A stretch of 64,000 bases of DNA, taken from contig OZ241833.1 in assembly GCA_965202585.1 (NCBI GenBank), positions 36,084,001 through 36,148,000 of the forward strand, given 5' to 3'. The DNA comes from Thalia democratica (lineage: Eukaryota). The notes beneath the pieces were generated by a model. That model was not told the origin of the DNA, ran no database searches, and saw nothing but the letters and a program-made list of their open reading frames with translations. Positions 60,881 to 64,000 of this stretch are shown piece by piece. Within the stretch, counting starts at the first letter, position 1. Each line of letters starts with the position of its first letter. The position numbers and the translations under genes were made by a program.

Positions 60881-63865
60881 ACACGTATCTTGTATCACAC
60901 ACTTTTAAAGCTAAAATATGCTAAAAATATAAACTTTAAAAGATGTTTATTTCTATAAGATATTATTTTAAATGGTTAATAATAATTTATACCCCTTACA
61001 TAAAAACTTAAGTAAAATTTTTTACATAACTGTAGCTTAATAAATTTTTTTATTAAAAATATTCTTATATATTATTAGTTATAATAAATATGTTTTTAAT
61101 ACTTTTAGATAAAAAAGATACACTTTTTTATAAAATGATTACATTTAGATCGCATTTAAACTTATAACAAAAACTATTTTTGAAAGTATAGTTATAGTAT
61201 TTCCAAAACATTTTTAAATAATTTAGATATTAAAATAATGTTTTATTAATCTTACAAAAAAATGTCTGCATAAAAACAAAAAATATAAAAAAAAACTTTA
61301 ATAATGTTTTTTTTTCTTCATTTAATAGAAAAAATGAATTTAAAAAGATTATTTTGATCGTTTATTGTAATCACTTATAAATTATCAGGGGTCTTCAAAA
61401 AGTGCACACTACTGTTTACAAAATTTATTTTGGGGTTCATGAATCGTAACGTAAAAAATTATCCTAAATTTTTAAACTTTTACTAGATATTCTGCAGTTG
61501 ATATTGAAAAATAAAAAAGGTCTGAGTAGTTTTAAATGGTAGGTTTGAAACTTATACTAGGTGTTATAAAAAAAAGGAAATTATTAGTTCACAGGCCGTA
61601 AAAGGGGGCGTCAAAAAGCCTAGTTTAAAACTTAAACTAGATATTCTGAAGTTGATAATGAAGAGCAAAATTTAAAGTTTTTGGTGTTTTTAATGGTGAG
61701 TTTGAAACATTACTACATACTATCAAGCTTGCCAAAAATTTCGAAAACTTTCTTCAAGGTTTTTATGAATTTTTTCATGGTTTTTATAAGAACACGTTTT
61801 TTGGACTATTTGTAGTTTAAAGCTAAGATTAAGGTTAAAAACTGTGCAAAACAATGATAACACATTAAAAAAATACTGTTAAGCTACTATAAATGTGTTT
61901 AAAAAAATTAATTTTGATGATGACAAAAAAATTTATTTATATGGTAGAAAATTGTTTCAAATTAAAATTTTCTTACTAAACATGTAATTTTTTTTTTTAA
62001 TTCCCATTTTTTCAGGATTTTAAGTGAACTTTTTTTACAATTGCAGGTTTCTTAGTGATTTATATTAAAATTCCAGGTTTTTTAAGAAAATTCTCAAATT
62101 CCAGGATTTTCTAGGTTTTATTTTGTCTAAATTTTCAAATTACAGATTTTTCCAGATATTTGGATACCCAGTATTATATTTTATTATCACAGTTTAAATG
62201 ACTATTAACTTTTATATTATTATGTATAAAAATGAGAGATCATCAGTTGCCTTAAAATTCATTAAAACGTTTTAGAACAAATAAATAGAAGGTATGTATA
62301 AAAAATTGAAAAATAGTAAGCAAAAGAAAAAAAAAGTAAAAAGAAAAGTATTGAAAAGTCTTTGGCTTATAAAAATAATGCTTTAAACTAACATTTGTTG
62401 CATTATACTAAAAAGTATGAAACAATATGTTAACCCTGTATTATAAAAAAAAAATTGAGAGCCAGAAGTCCTAAATTGAAACTTTTGAGTTGATATTGGA
62501 GAGGAAAAAAAGTCTTAGTTTAATTTAATGGTAGGTTTAAAACTTATACTAAGATTGCCAAAAATTTTCAAGAAATTGTGCAAAACAATAATAAAACATT
62601 GAAAGATATTTTTAAGCTGCTTTAAATGTTTTTATTTAATCAAAAAAAATTGTTCATGAAAAATATTTTTATCTATATGGTTGAAAATCGTGTCAAATTT
62701 AAATTTTCTTATTTATTATATAAAAATTTTTTTAAATTCCCATTGTTTCAGGTTCTTTAGAGAACTTTCTTCAAAATGCAGGGTTTTTAGTTATTTTTAT
62801 TAAAAATTCAAGGATTTTCCAGGTTTTATTTTGTCTGAATTATCTAATTACAGGTTTTTCTAGGTATTCGGATACCCTGTGTTATATTTTATTATCACAG
62901 TTATAAATGACTGTTTCACTCTTATAAAGTCATATATAAGAGATCATCAGTTGTCTGATCATTCAATAAAAAGTTTTTGAATAAATAAATAATAAAGATC
63001 TACAAAAAACAAAATACTTACAATCAAAAAAAAAAAAAAGAAAAGAAAAGTATTGAAAAATCTATGATTTAAAAAAGTATGGCTTAAATAAACTTATGCT
63101 TTAAACTAAAAATTGTTGCATTATTATGTAAAGTATGAAATGTTATGTTAACCTTGTATTATAGAAAACAATTGGACTTTTAGGGGACCACAAGGCTATG
63201 ATTTGAAGCTTACACTAAATATTTTGATTGATGAGTTGATAATGAAGAACAAAAAAAAAGGTATTCCGCAGTTTTTTGATAAACTTTGTTTGAGTGTGAA
63301 AAAAAGTTAGAGAAACCCTGCACTAGATGTTACGGGAAATTTGAATTTTATTCCAGATATTCGCACATTAAGGTGCACAAAATCTTTATTTTGCATTTTA
63401 GGGTGCACAGATTTTGATAAGCTTAAAAACCACTATTTTAGATAATTACTTGTAAGAAATATAATTTTATCAGTTACGTATTTTTTTAGGTAAAGTTTTT
63501 TTTATTAATTTTACTGCAAGAAACTGTATTTTTATTATCAAGTAGACAAAATGGCTTTTTTTTTTTTGCCTGAGCCAAAGTTGTAATCTAAATAATCAAA
63601 AAAGTCACCGAACTATTTTATTTATTTTATTGTCACTGTTAATATAAAACTGATATTCATGAGGCTCGGAGTTAGCCAAACGGGGCGGAACAGCTATTCA
63701 TTAGTTTGAACATGAAGCAAATTATTTTAACTGCCAAGAAAATGAAGCTGAATGCAGTTTTGATGAAGGAAACCATATCTTCATTAGATGAAGAGGTTGA
63801 AGTGCTAATAAAAACACGGAGAAAATAAATTTTAGTACATACATTTAAAAAAACAGTATTTGATT

Positions 63866-63975
63866 AAGTTCTTTATTGTTTTAATGTTTTAACTGTAAAA
63901 GTTTGTTATTGTTTTAAGATTTTAATTGTAAAAGTTCTTTATTGATTTAAGATTTTAATTGTTAAAGTTCCTTAT
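63866..63975. repeat. 33-bp minisatellite, ~3.3 units
   Basis: An aagttctttattgttttaagattttaattgtaa-like unit starts at 63866, 63899, 63932 and 63965. Confidence 0.8.
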
Positions 63976-64000
63976 ACGTTGTTTTGTTTATTAAGATACA

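Larger units (their letters stand above)
50330..63706. repeat. ~14-kb segmental duplication, copy 2 (paralog of 2540-16780)
   Basis: Colinear with copy 1. Lacks the 398-bp Penelope-like insertion and has a ~370-bp deletion near 53480. Confidence 0.9.

Overview
Eukaryotic, very AT-rich animal-type genomic DNA with GT-AG introns and CpG-rich exons; there is no prokaryotic content, rRNA operon or CRISPR array. Species cannot be assigned from sequence alone. From about 2540 onward the window is largely a mosaic of recent segmental duplications built from a few blocks. (1) A multi-exon UNC-93-like MFS transporter gene (+) in four copies; only 48713-53434 is intact over all exons I can see. (2) An intronless BACK-Kelch gene lacking a BTB domain (-), with three full copies and three fragments. 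(3) A ~1-kb hairpin-rich repeat element (called H-F here) that carries most of the inversion breakpoints. (4) An orphan AMP deaminase exon repeated three times, about 65 bp upstream of the first visible UNC-93 exon. Single-copy items are an Ig-domain exon with two homopolymer frameshifts and a 570-aa disordered ORF cut off at a rearrangement junction. A 398-bp Penelope-like insertion forms a perfect 119-bp inverted repeat with a hammerhead ribozyme motif in each arm, and it is absent from the paralogous copy. The junctions show microhomology, templated insertions and a fold-back at a short palindrome. All coordinates, alignments and translations were done by eye; no database search was run. 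Assembly artefact (uncollapsed haplotypes, chimeric reads) must be excluded with long reads.
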